Assembly: GCF_021028975.2 (NCBI RefSeq) | Contig: NC_059439.1 | Span: forward strand, 34,038,001 to 34,102,000 | Direction of reading: 5' to 3' | Length of the DNA stretch: 64,000 nucleotides | DNA from: Sphaerodactylus townsendi | Taxonomy: Eukaryota | Shown: piece after piece, positions 1 to 11,177 of the stretch | Layout: every line of letters starts with the position of its first letter | Position numbering within the stretch: the first letter of the stretch is position 1 | Translations under genes and position numbers: made by a program | The notes under the pieces: generated by a model | Told to the model about the DNA's origin: nothing | The model's database searches: none | Seen by the model: only the letters and a program-made list of their open reading frames with translations

Positions 1-1610
1 ATGGAAGTAAATAATGTGTGCATCATGGAATGTAAGCCCTCCTGGGGAGCGNNNNNNNNNNNNNNNNNNNNNNNNNNNNNNNNNNNNNNNNNNNNNNNNN
101 NNNNNNNNNNNNNNNNNNNNNNNNNNNNNNNNNNNNNNNNNNNNNNNNNNNNNNNNNNNNNNNNNNNNNNNNNNNNNNNNNNNNNNNNNNNNNNNNNNNN
201 NNNNNNNNNNNNNNNNNNNNNNNNNNNNNNNNNNNNNNNNNNNNNNNNNNNNNNNNNNNNNNNNNNNNNNNNNNNNNNATGTAAAACTGATAGTGCCAGC
301 CTACATACGCATTGTGAGAATTTTCCAAGTATGCTGAAGTTAATGGGCATAGAAGGGGGCAACTCAGTTTGAAATTGCCCTGCAAGGAACTTTCCCCCAA
401 AACACCTAATTATTGAGTTCGCTCAACAGCCCCAAGAGATAAAGTTAACAACTAACGATGAACTATTCCAAGATATCAAGGGACTGGAGAAGTCCCAGGG
501 AAGCAGATCTACAGTCTTTATCAGCTACCTAAAAGACCATTATAAAGTTCCAGAAGGGGGAGGGTAGATTGCTGTCAGGTTTTTCAAAGCGGAGGTTTCT
601 TAGGCAGTGAAAAAAGCCAAGTTGTGTGGATTCTTACATTTGAAGTAACTACAAACTGCCTGGAGGAGTGTTGGTCAAAAACGTTTCCCAAACTGGCCTC
701 CTGAACCAAGAGCCTGTTCTTTGAATGCATGAATTTCTCTATGTTTCCAGTTAAAGAATCGCCATAAACCAGATTTCTCTATTCGGAAACTTAGAGAGAC
801 GCTGCTAGGCTAAGTGGACCATTTTTTTCAGCATAAAGCCAGTGTGATGACGTGGTTAAGAGCAGTGGACTCTAAACTGAAGAACTGGGTTTGATTCCCC
901 GCTCCTTCACGTGAACAGTGGCCTCTAGTCTGGTGGGCTGGGTTTGTTTCCCTGCTTCTCCACATGAAGCAACCTTGGACCAGTTCTTCAGAACTCTCCT
1001 ATCCCCACCTGCCTAACAAGGTCACGACTGTGGGGAGGGGAAGGAAAGGACTATGCGGAGCTGCATGGGACAACTTTTCCTCAGTGCCTGCGGGTAGATC
1101 CTGAAAACCCCTGGGAGAAACATGAAGGTAAAATCAGATGCTGCAATTTGGGATTGGATTATGGGGAGCAGATTTCAGTTTGCTGTTTTGGTTGTCATGG
1201 GCATAGTAGATTGAATTGAATCGAAGAAGAATTCAGCCTTGACATTTTATTCTCCTGGAACTTGCACTTACCACAAGGCCTAAATTCTACTGGAACTTGC
1301 ACTGACCACAAGGCCTAAGAGGTGCCATCCCCCCCCACACCTTTTGGTCTTTAGACAAATGCAACAAATTCAGGACTTCTAATTGATTTTTCCCTTTTAA
1401 TTTCCATCCCTACAGCCAGACAAGTATTGAAACAATACAAGTAGAGTGGGAAATGGGACCACCCATCCTAGAAGAAGATGAGTAGATTGGGTTTATACCC
1501 TGCTTACAAACTCCAAAGTGGCTTACAAACTCCTTTCCTTTTTCTAAGCACAATCGACACCTTATGAGGTAGGTGGGGCTGAGAGAGGATTGACAGAACT
1601 GTGTCTAGTC

Positions 1611-1745
1611 CAGATGTAGGGAACCTGCGGCTCTCCACATGTTCAGGAACTACAATTCCCATCAGCCTCTGTCAGCATGGCCAATTGGGGCTGATGGGAA
1701 TTGTAGTTCCTGAACATCTGGAGAGCCGCAGGTTCCCTACCCCTG
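1611..1745. mobile_element. Palindromic hAT-type MITE inserted in a SINE
   Basis: Near-perfect inverted repeat; 8-bp TSD gtctagtc (1603-1610 and 1746-1753); absent from the other duplication units. Confidence 0.85.
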
Positions 1746-3487
1746 GTCTAGTCCAAGGTCACCATCAGGCTTCATGTGCAGAAGTGGCGAAACAAACTTG
1801 GTTCACCACAGTAGAGTCCTGCCGCTCATGTCAAGGAGAGCAGAATCAAACCCAGTTCTCCTGTCCACTGCTCATATGGATGAGAGGAGAATCAAACTCA
1901 GTTCTCCAGATTAGAGTCCACCACTCTCAACCACTGCACCATGACAGCACCAAACAGTTTCAGTCTAATGTTGGTGTAGAACCTAAGTATGCAGGCTCTG
2001 CCCCCTTTGTCCAAAAGTCTATAAAGCCGATATCCTTAGCTCTGGGAATGGGTTGGATCCAGACCAAAACAACTGGAAATCTAAGAAAAGAATCATTGTA
2101 GCTACTTGCACTGAGTCAAACTTACTGTATCCCCACTGGCATTTCTAGTTGCTCACAATTTTATGCAAGCAGGCAGCTGCTGAGAAATGGTATGTGTTGC
2201 AGAAGATTTTACACAACAGATGCCTTGCCAGGTTGGTGGGTCTGAGAGAGTTCCCAGAGAACTGTGACTGGCCCAAAGTCACCCAGCAGGCTCCTTGTGA
2301 AGGAGTGAGGAAACAATTCCAGTTCTCCAGGTTAGAGTCTGCCGCTCATGTGGAGGAATGGGGCATCAAACCCAATTTTCCAGATTAGAATATACCTGCT
2401 CGTAACCACCACACTGCGCAGGTAGTGCTTTGGTTAGATAAAGATCTGAGAGGCTTAAATTCCCAACCTTGATCTACCATGGAATATGCTAGGACAACAA
2501 GAATGCATCACTTGATTTCATCCCAGCCCTCATCCAACTCCCAGACCAGTTGTGAGGATAAAGTAAGGAAAGAAGAACAGAGTGTATAGAGTTTCCTTGC
2601 ATATGGCCAAAAGCCTTTACAAAATATCATAAACTAATGTCACACCTTATAAAATACATATTAACATTAAAATTAGGATCACAGTAGTAAAAATTATACC
2701 AAATCAGGAATTCGGCTGATTCGGCTAGAACGAAAATTTTACAGGGAAATCAAGTTGCGTCTGAATTTTACCGAATTTTTTTTGGTGTCGCTCAAGCATA
2801 TAAATAACCTTTAAATTATAAAAAACCATAACACCTTTAGGGCATCCAATCAACCAATAAGATACATTTTGGATAACTGCTCTCATAGGCACTACATTGT
2901 CCCTTTTTTTCTTAGCTGCCAACTTACACCTGTGAATGAAAAGGGCAAAATAGTTTTCTGTAATGAAAGCTGCAAATGAAGTGAGGAGCCAGAAATGCAA
3001 AAAACAATCTCCTCCCTCAAGGCAGTGGAGATTGGAGGCAGTTCTTCACAATACTCTGTCTCAAAAAAAATGTTCATATGGTCAGTTTAGATGCAGCAGT
3101 CAAGAAAATGGTCTTCTTCCACATTAGAATATAGTCCCAAATGAATACGACAATGATCATAAATTTTTAAGCGCTGCCTTCATCAAAATAATTATTCTGT
3201 GCACAATTGAACATGGTACTTTGATCAACTGAATGACAAAATGTATTTTTACTTTCAAAAGGATGCAGAGGAGGTCTAGATAGGCAGTAGGACACAGACA
3301 GATTGTTCTACCACAAAGAAGGTCCAGTATGCTTATTTCTGTGGAGGAGGAATGTACAACACTACCAATATCTTTTCTGAGACTATACAGTATTTCAGGC
3401 AATGAAGCATTGCTTCTTCTTTTAGGATGCGCCCTTTCTGAAAAATGTCTTTCTTTCCTTTCTCTGCAGATAGGAGCCCATGATAGC

Positions 3488-4432
3488 ACGGAGAACATCA
3501 CCTTTGTCACACAGTTCATCTTGGTGGGACTTTCCAACAACCGCAAGACTCAGATTGTGCTGTTTGCAGTCTTCCTCCTCATCTACTTGCTTACCATCAT
3601 GGGGAACCTGGTGATCATCATGTTGATTCAGGTGGACTCCCACCTCCAGACCCCCATGTACTACTTCTTAACACACCTTTCCAGCCTGGAAATCTGCTAT
3701 GTCAGTAGTACAATGCCTCAAATGCTAGCTCACCTGCTGGCTGGCAATGGAGCCATCTCCTTCACCCGTTGCGCCGTACAAATGTACATTTCATTATCCC
3801 TAGGTAGCACCGAAGGTCTTCTGCTGGGTGCCATGGCCTACGACCGGTACTTGGCCATCTGCCACCCTTTGCTTTATATCAGTGTCATGGGCAGGTGGTG
3901 CCAACTGCAGCTGGCTTCAGGTGCTTGGGCAGGTGGCTTCCTACTCTCCATATTGAATGCGGGCTGCACCCTTCGCCTACCTTTCTGTGGCCCCAACCGT
4001 GTCAACCATTTCTTCTGTGAGCTGCCGTTCATTCTGAAACTGGCATGCGCTGACACCCGGATGACAGAGACGGTCATATTTGGGGCAGCGGTTGTGATCC
4101 TCCTGGTTCCCCTTTCAGTCATCCTGATGTCCTACAGCCTCATTCTGTCCTCTGTTTTGCAAATGCCGTCAGCGTCCGGACGGCGCAAAGCTTTCTCCAC
4201 TTGTGCTTCTCACTTGGCTGTGGTCGTCTTGTTCTACGGCACGCTCATCTCAATGTACATGAGACCTCGGTCGGGCACAGCTACTGACGTTGACAAGAGA
4301 ACTGCAATCTTTTATGTTTTGGTCACCCCTCTACTCAACCCCTTCATTTACACCCTGCGGAACAAGGACGTCCATAATGCAGTGGCTAAAGTGTTCCAAA
4401 GATGGGTCTTCAAAACGAAGTTACAACATTAA
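3488..4432 (+). CDS. Olfactory receptor, class II (OR2/13-like), array copy 1; start codon ACG instead of ATG (possible start-loss pseudogene)
   Basis: OR motifs LQTPMYYFL, MAYDRYLAIC, HFFCE, KAFSTCASHL, PLLNPFIYTLRNKDV; frame open to TAA at 4430-4432. The codon matching the ATG of copy 2 (gatagcATGgagaac) reads gatagcACGgagaac at 3488-3490. Splice acceptor tctctgcag ends at 3469. Confidence 0.9.
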   Translation, partial: TENITFVTQFILVGLSNNRKTQIVLFAVFLLIYLLTIMGNLVIIMLIQVDSHLQTPMYYFLTHLSSLEICYVSSTMPQMLAHLLAGNGAISFTRCAVQMYISLSLGSTEGLLLGAMAYDRYLAICHPLLYISVMGRWCQLQLASGAWAGGFLLSILNAGCTLRLPFCGPNRVNHFFCELPFILKLACADTRMTETVIFGAAVVILLVPLSVILMSYSLILSSVLQMPSASGRRKAFSTCASHLAVVVLFYGTLISMYMRPRSGTATDVDKRTAIFYVLVTPLLNPFIYTLRNKDVHNAVAKVFQRWVFKTKLQH

Positions 4433-7400
4433 TATCTTGAGCAGCAGCATGGTGTGGACTTTTTAAAAAGTAGCGATGTAAAGTTTATTACATCGAATGC
4501 ATTTGACAAAGAGAAGAAATGTATTGTTGAAAGAACCTGTCCAATTTGAGAAATTTAAACTCTAGGAAAGAGCCTAGTACCCAAATAAAGGCAATCAATT
4601 CAAAGTCTGTATTGTAGATAACTACCATGTTTATTGGTTAGCCAAAGCAAGTGCACAACAGCTAACAGAATCCAAAGCAGTTGCAAAGATACAAAGTACA
4701 GTTTAGGCATTCTATAGACATTCAGGTATCATAGCGACATAAAGACCGGTATATTTTCATATAAGCAATTTACAGTTTTATTGAGGGTTGTTTGATTTTT
4801 TAAAGAAACCAACAAATAGCAATTAAAATATACACATAAAGAGGAAAAAACCTCTACTATGAAAAAGGGTGGGCTCCTGATTCCTTCTGCACTAATTATA
4901 AATGTAGTTAAAATTTTAATAGGTTTCCTAATTAAAATAAAGAAATGTTAATTCAGTTAATTCTGACTTATTACTAATTTAGCAGGAGTCACACTTTTCT
5001 CTACTAGGTCCATTTTCTTATTTTCCTAGTCTTCAAACTCACAAATCATCTGATGGTGTGTGTGTGTGTGTGTGTGTGTTTTTTTAGTAAAAAGTCTACC
5101 AGGGGTTTCCAGTCATTGATAAACTTAATTCAGTTTCTCTGGAGGCCATTTTTTTCTCCTCAATTCTTCATGGGCAGGAGGTTGGGACTGGAGTTGGTCA
5201 ATCCCCACCTGAGCTAGTAAATGAGAGACCTAAATCCATTTGGGTAGATTTCACATGAAGAGTCATTTGATCCCTTCCTTCACCCATGTGACCACGACAG
5301 TCTCTTGCAACCAGTAGTGGAAATGTGGCCTGTGTTCACGACTTCGAATCATCAACCAGCCCTGCCCTTTCTGTCGGTCTGGTTGCAAAAATAACTTGCA
5401 TTTTGGAAGGCCTACTCAACTGGCCACTGGTCAGATGTTAGGTTTGCCAACAGATCTTGCAAAAATGCCCATTCTCATTTCCTTGTGAGCATCAGATAAA
5501 ACTAAGAAAATATGCTGTTCTTCTCCCTTGCCAAAACAGGGTAAATAAACTGAACGTGTGCATCATGGAATGTAAGCCCTCCGAGGGAGCGCAGNNNNNN
5601 NNNNNNNNNNNNNNNNNNNNNNNNNNNNNNNNNNNNNNNNNNNNNNNNNNNNNNNNNNNNNNNNNNNNNNNNNNNNNNNNNNNNNNNNNNNNNNNNNNNN
5701 NNNNNNNNNNNNNNNNNNNNNNNNNNNNNNNNNNNNNNNNNNNNNNNNNNNNNNNNNNNNNNNNNNNNNNNNNNNNNNNNNNNNNNNNNNNNNNNNNNNN
5801 NNNNNNNNNNNNNNNNNNNNNNNNNNNNNNNNNNNNNNNNNNNNNNNNNNNNNNNNNNNNNNNNNNNNNNNNNNTGTAAAACTGATAGTGCCAGCCTACG
5901 CATTGTGAGAATTTTGCAAGTATGCTGAAGTTAATGGGCGTAGAAGGGGGCAACTCAGTTTGAAATTGCCCTGCAAGGAACTTTCCCCCCAAACAGCTAA
6001 TTATCGAGTTCGCTCAACAGCCCCTAGAGGTAAAGCTAACAAACAACTAACAATTAGCCATTCCAAGATATCAAGAGACTGGAGCAATCCCAGGGAAGCA
6101 GATCTACACTCTTTATCAACTACCTAAAAGACCATTATAAAGTTCCAGAAGGGGGAGGGTAGATTGCTGTCAGGTTTTTCCAAGCTGAGGTTTCTTAGGC
6201 AGTGAAAAAAGCCAAGTGGTGTGGATTCTTACATTTGAAGTAACTGCAAACTGCCTGGAGGAGCATTGGCCTCCTGGACCAAGAGCCTGTTCTTTGAATG
6301 CATGAATTTCTCTATGTTTCCAGTTAAAGAATCGCCATAAACCAGATTTCTCTATTCGGAAACTTAGAGAGATGCTGCTAGGCTAAGTGGACCATTTTTT
6401 CAGCATAAAGCCAGTGTGATGACGTGGTTAAGAGCAGTGGACTCTAAACTGAAGAACTGGGTTTGATTCCCCGCTCCTTCACGTGAACAGTGGCCTCTAA
6501 TCTGCTGGGCTGGGTTTGTTTCCCTGCTTCTCCACATGAAGCAACCTTGGACCAGTTCTTCAGAACTCTCCCATCCCCACCTGCCTAACAAGGTCACGAC
6601 TGTGGGGAGGGGAAGGAAAGGACTATGCGGAGCTGCATGTGGCAACTTTTCCTCAGTGCCTGTGGGTAGATCTTGAAAACTCCTGGGAGAAACATGAAGG
6701 TAAAATCAGATTCTGCAATTTGGGATTGGATTATGGGGGGCAGATTTCAGTTTGCTGTTTTGGTTGTCATGGACATAGTAAATTGAATTGAATCGAAGAA
6801 GAATTCAGCCTTGACATTTTGTTCTACTGGAACTTGCACTGACCACAAGGCCTAAATTCTACTGGAACTTGCACTGACCACAAGGCCTAAGAGGTGCCAT
6901 TCCCCCCCCCCATCTTTAGGAAAATGCAAAAAATGCAGGACTTCTCATTGATTTCCCCTTTTTATTTTCCATTGCTGCAGTCCCTACCACTACACACACG
7001 AGAATTGAAACAATACAAGAAGACAGGGAAATGGGATCTCACATCCTAGAAGAAGATTAGATTGGGTTTATACCCTGCTTTTCTCTCCCGTAAGGAGTCT
7101 CAAGGTGGCTTACAAACTCCTTTCCTTCCCCGCATCACAATGGCCCCTTATGAGGAAGGTGGGGCTGAGAGAGTTCTGAGAGAACTGTCAAGTCCAAGGT
7201 CACCTTCAGGCTTCATGTACAGAAGTGGGGAAACAAATTTGGTTCGCCACAGTAGAGTCCTGCCACTCATATCGAGGAGTGGGGAATCAAATCCAGTTCT
7301 TTGATCCATTGCTCATGTGGATGAATGGAGAATCGAATTCAGTTCTCCAAATTAGAGTCCACCACTCTCCACCATTACACCACGACAGCATCAAACACGT

Positions 7401-8760
7401 TCAGTCTAATGTTGGTGTAGAACCTATGTATGTTCCAAAAGCCTAGAAAACCAATGTTCTCAGCTGTGGGAATGGGTTGGAGCCACAGCGAAACAAGTGG
7501 AAATCTAAGAAAAGAATCATTGTAGCTGCTTGCGCTGAGTCAAACTTACTGTATCCCCACTGGCATTTTTAGTTGCTCACAGTCTTACGCAAGCAAGAAG
7601 CTGCTGAGAAATGGTATGTGTTGCAGAAGATTTTACACAACAGATGCCTTTGTCAGGTTGGTGGGTCTGAGAGAGTTCCCAGAGAACTGTGACTGGCCCA
7701 AAGTCACCCAGCAGGCTCCTTGTGAAGGAGTGAGGAAACAATTCCAGTTCTCCAGGTTAGAGTCTGCCGCTCATGTGGAGGAATGGGGCATGAAACCCAA
7801 TTTTCCAGATGAGAATATACCTGCTCGTAACCACCACACTGCGCAGGTAGTGCTTTGGTTAGATAAAGATCTGAGAGGCTTAAATTCCCAACCTTGATCT
7901 ACCATGGAATATGCTAGGACAACAAGAATGCATCATTTGATTTCATCCCAGCCCTCATCCAACTCCCAGACCAGTTGTGAGGATAAAGTAAGGAAAGAAG
8001 AACAGGGTGAATAGAGTTTACTTGCATATGGCCAAAAGCCTTTACAAAATATCATAAACTAATGTCACACCTTATAAAATACATATTAACATTAAAATTA
8101 GAATCACAGTAGTAAAAATTATACCAAATCAGGAATTCGGCTGATTCGGCTATAACGAAAGTTTTACAGGCGAATCAAGTTGCATCCGAATTTTACCGAA
8201 TTTTTTTTGGTGTCGCTCAAGCATATAAAGAAATGGGGCATCAAACCCAATTTTCCAGATTAGATGTGCTCTTAACCACCACATTGCGCGGGTAGTGCTT
8301 TGGTTAGATACAGATCTGAGAGGCTTAAATTCGCAACCTTAATAGGACAGCAAGCCCTATGGAGATAGGGTGAGATATAAATTTAATAAAATAAAAATAA
8401 ATAAGAATCCATCCCTTGATTTCATCCCAGCCCTCATCTAACTCCCAGACCAGTTGTGAAGATATAGTAACGAAGGAAGGACAAGCTACTTATACCTGTG
8501 TAGTGAATAGAGTTTACTTGCATATGGCCATATGCCTTTACAAAACATTATTATAATATTATTATTATATTAAATTTATAACCCACCCTCCCCCTAAGGG
8601 CTCATTGTAAACTAATGTTACATCTTATAAAATACATATTAACATTAAAATTAGAATCACAGGAGTATGAATAACCTTAAAATGATAAAAAACAATAACA
8701 CAGTCAGGACATCCAATCAACCAATAAGATCAGTTTTGGGTAACTGCTCTCATGGACACT

Positions 8761-9165
8761 TCTTCTTCTTTCTGGACTGGTTTCCTGCATGTGTAGGGTC
8801 AGTTTTGAAACTGTCTCTTAAAAGGTCACGATTTTGAGTGTCTTCCGGGGTAAGGTTCTTTGTCCGCAGGTCTTCACTGACTGTGTCCATCCACCGTGTT
8901 TTGGGTCTGCCTCATGGGCAGCATCCACCAGGTTCAAGGTGCAGGGCTGTCTTTGCTACGGATGTTTCCTCACTGCGCAAGACGTAGCCATACCATCTTA
9001 GCCGTGCCTGCCTCATGTATCGGTTAATTAGTGTTATTTTAAGTCTTTGCCATATGTCATCGTTCGGCACGTGGTCGAACAGAGTCAGGTTTAGCATCCA
9101 TTGAAGCATCCTCATTTCATGACATGAAGGGTTTGTTCATGTTTTCTTGTTGCTGGCCAGCATTT
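8761..9165 (-). mobile_element. RTE-clade LINE 3' fragment
   Basis: EMRMLQWM...RQARLRWYGYVLR...GRPKTRW-type RT C-terminus, (GAA)n tail; present only in unit 2. Confidence 0.75.
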
Positions 9166-9712
9166 GTCCCTTATTTTCCTAGCTGCCAATTGTGTAAGAA
9201 GAGGGCAAAATAGTTTTCTTTGATGAAAGCTGCAGATGAAGGGAGGAGCCAGAAATGAAAAAAAAAAACCAATCTCCACCCTTAGCGCAATAGAGATTGG
9301 AAGTCAGTTCTTCACTATATTCTGTCTCAGAAAAAGATGTTCGTATGGTCAGTGGAGGTCCAGAAAATGTTAGGCTTCCACATTAGAATATAGTCCTGAA
9401 CGAATACGATAATTACAATTCATTTTTACTCACTGCCTTCGTCAAAACCATTATTTTGTGCATTATTGAACATGGTACTTTGATATGTTGAACTTTCAAA
9501 CGGATGGGCGGTGGGNNNNNNNNNNNNNNNNNNNNNNNNNNNNNNNNNNNNNNNNNNNNNNNNNNNNNNNNNNNNNNNNNNNNNNNNNNNNNNNNNNNNN
9601 NNNNNNNNNNNNNNNNNNNNNNNNNNNNNNNNNNNNNNNNNNNNNNNNNNNNNNNNNNNNNNNNNNNNNNNNNNNNNNNNNNNNNNNNNNNNNNNNNNNN
9701 NNNNNNNNNNNN

Positions 9713-10028
9713 AGGAGGAGGACGAGGACAAGAAGAAGAGTTTAGATTGTACCCCACCTTTCTCTCCTATAAGGAGACTCAAGGTGGCCTACAAGCTCGT
9801 TTTCCTTCCTCTCCCCACAACAGATACCTTGTGAGGTGGGTGGGGCTGAGAGAGTTCTGAAGGACTGTGACTAGCCCAAGGTCACCCAGCAGGAATGTAG
9901 GAGTGTGGAAACACAGCTGGTTCACCAGATAAGCCTCCACCACTCATCAGGTGGAGAAGTGGGGAATCAAGCCCGGTTCTCCAGATTAGAATCCACCTGC
10001 TCTTAACCACTACACCACGCTGGCTCTC
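9713..10028 (-). mobile_element. tRNA/CORE-type squamate SINE (Squam3-like)
   Basis: tRNA-like head (gtggttaagagc...ggtttgattccc), body and (TTC)n tail; paralogous copy at ~15804-16106, absent from unit 1. Confidence 0.8.
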
Positions 10029-10232
10029 TAGGACACAGGCAGAGCATTCTACAACAAAGAAGGTCCAGCATGTTGAGTTCTGTGGAGGAGGAATGTACAA
10101 CACCACCAATATCTTTTCTGAGACAGACTATACAGTATTTCGGACAATGAAGCGGTGCTTCTTCTTTTAGGACGAACCCTTTCTGAAAAATGTCTTTCTC
10201 TCCTTTCTCTGCAGGCAGGAGCCCAGGATAGC

Positions 10233-11177
10233 ATGGAGAACATCACCTTTGTCACACAGTTCATCTTGGTGGGACTTTCCAACAACCGCAAGACTCAGAT
10301 TCTGCTGTTCGTGGTCCTCCTCCTCCTCTACTTGCTTACCGTCATGGGGAACCTGATCATCATCATGTTGATTCAGGTGGACTCCCACCTCCAGACCCCC
10401 ATGTACTACTTCTTAACACACCTTTCCAGCTTGGAAATTTGCTACATCAGTAGTACAGTACCTCAAATGCTAGCTCACCTGCTAGCTGGCAATGGAGTGA
10501 TCTCCTTCACTCGTTGCGTCATACAAATGTACATTGCATTATCCCTAGGTAGCACCGAAGGTCTTCTGCTGGGTGCCATGGCCTATGACCGGTACTTGGC
10601 CATCTGCCACCCTTTGCTTTATGTCATCGCCATGGGCAGGTGGCGCCGGGTGCAGCTGGCTTCAGGTGCTTGGGCAGGTGGCTTCCTACTCTCTGTATTG
10701 AATGTGGGCTGCACCCTTCGCCTCCCTTTCTGCGGCCCCAACCGTGTCAACCACTTTACCTGTGAACTGCCGTTCATTCTGAAACTGGCATGCGCTGACA
10801 CCCGGATGACAGAGGCGGTCATCTTTGGGGCAGCGGTTGTGATCCTCGTGGTTCCCCTTTCGGTCATCCTGACGTCCTACAGCCTCATTCTGGCCTCTGT
10901 TTTGCAAATGCCGTCAGCGTCCGGACGGCACAAAGCTTTCTCCACTTGTGCGTCTCACTTGGCTGTGGTCGTCTTGTTCTACGGCACGGTCATCTCAATG
11001 TACATGAGACCTCGGTCAGGCACAACTACTGACGTTGACAAGAGAATTGCCGTCTTTTATCTTTTGGTCACCCCTCTACTCAACCCCTTCATTTACACCC
11101 TGCGGAACAAGGATGTCCATAATGCAGCGGCTAAAGTGTTCCAAAGATGGGCCTTCAAAACCCAGTTACAACATTAA
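10233..11177 (+). CDS. Olfactory receptor, class II, array copy 2 (314 aa, intact)
   Basis: MENITFVTQFILVG start with N-glycosylation site, all OR motifs present, pyrimidine-rich acceptor (ctctgcag, ~10214) just upstream of the ATG. Confidence 0.95.
   Translation: MENITFVTQFILVGLSNNRKTQILLFVVLLLLYLLTVMGNLIIIMLIQVDSHLQTPMYYFLTHLSSLEICYISSTVPQMLAHLLAGNGVISFTRCVIQMYIALSLGSTEGLLLGAMAYDRYLAICHPLLYVIAMGRWRRVQLASGAWAGGFLLSVLNVGCTLRLPFCGPNRVNHFTCELPFILKLACADTRMTEAVIFGAAVVILVVPLSVILTSYSLILASVLQMPSASGRHKAFSTCASHLAVVVLFYGTVISMYMRPRSGTTTDVDKRIAVFYLLVTPLLNPFIYTLRNKDVHNAAAKVFQRWAFKTQLQH

Noticed and set aside
3329-3487. Extended OR N-termini in the ORF track (3329, and 10155 for copy 2)
   Set aside because: They run through a polypyrimidine tract and splice acceptor, so they are intronic; the paralogous copies do not keep the frame open.
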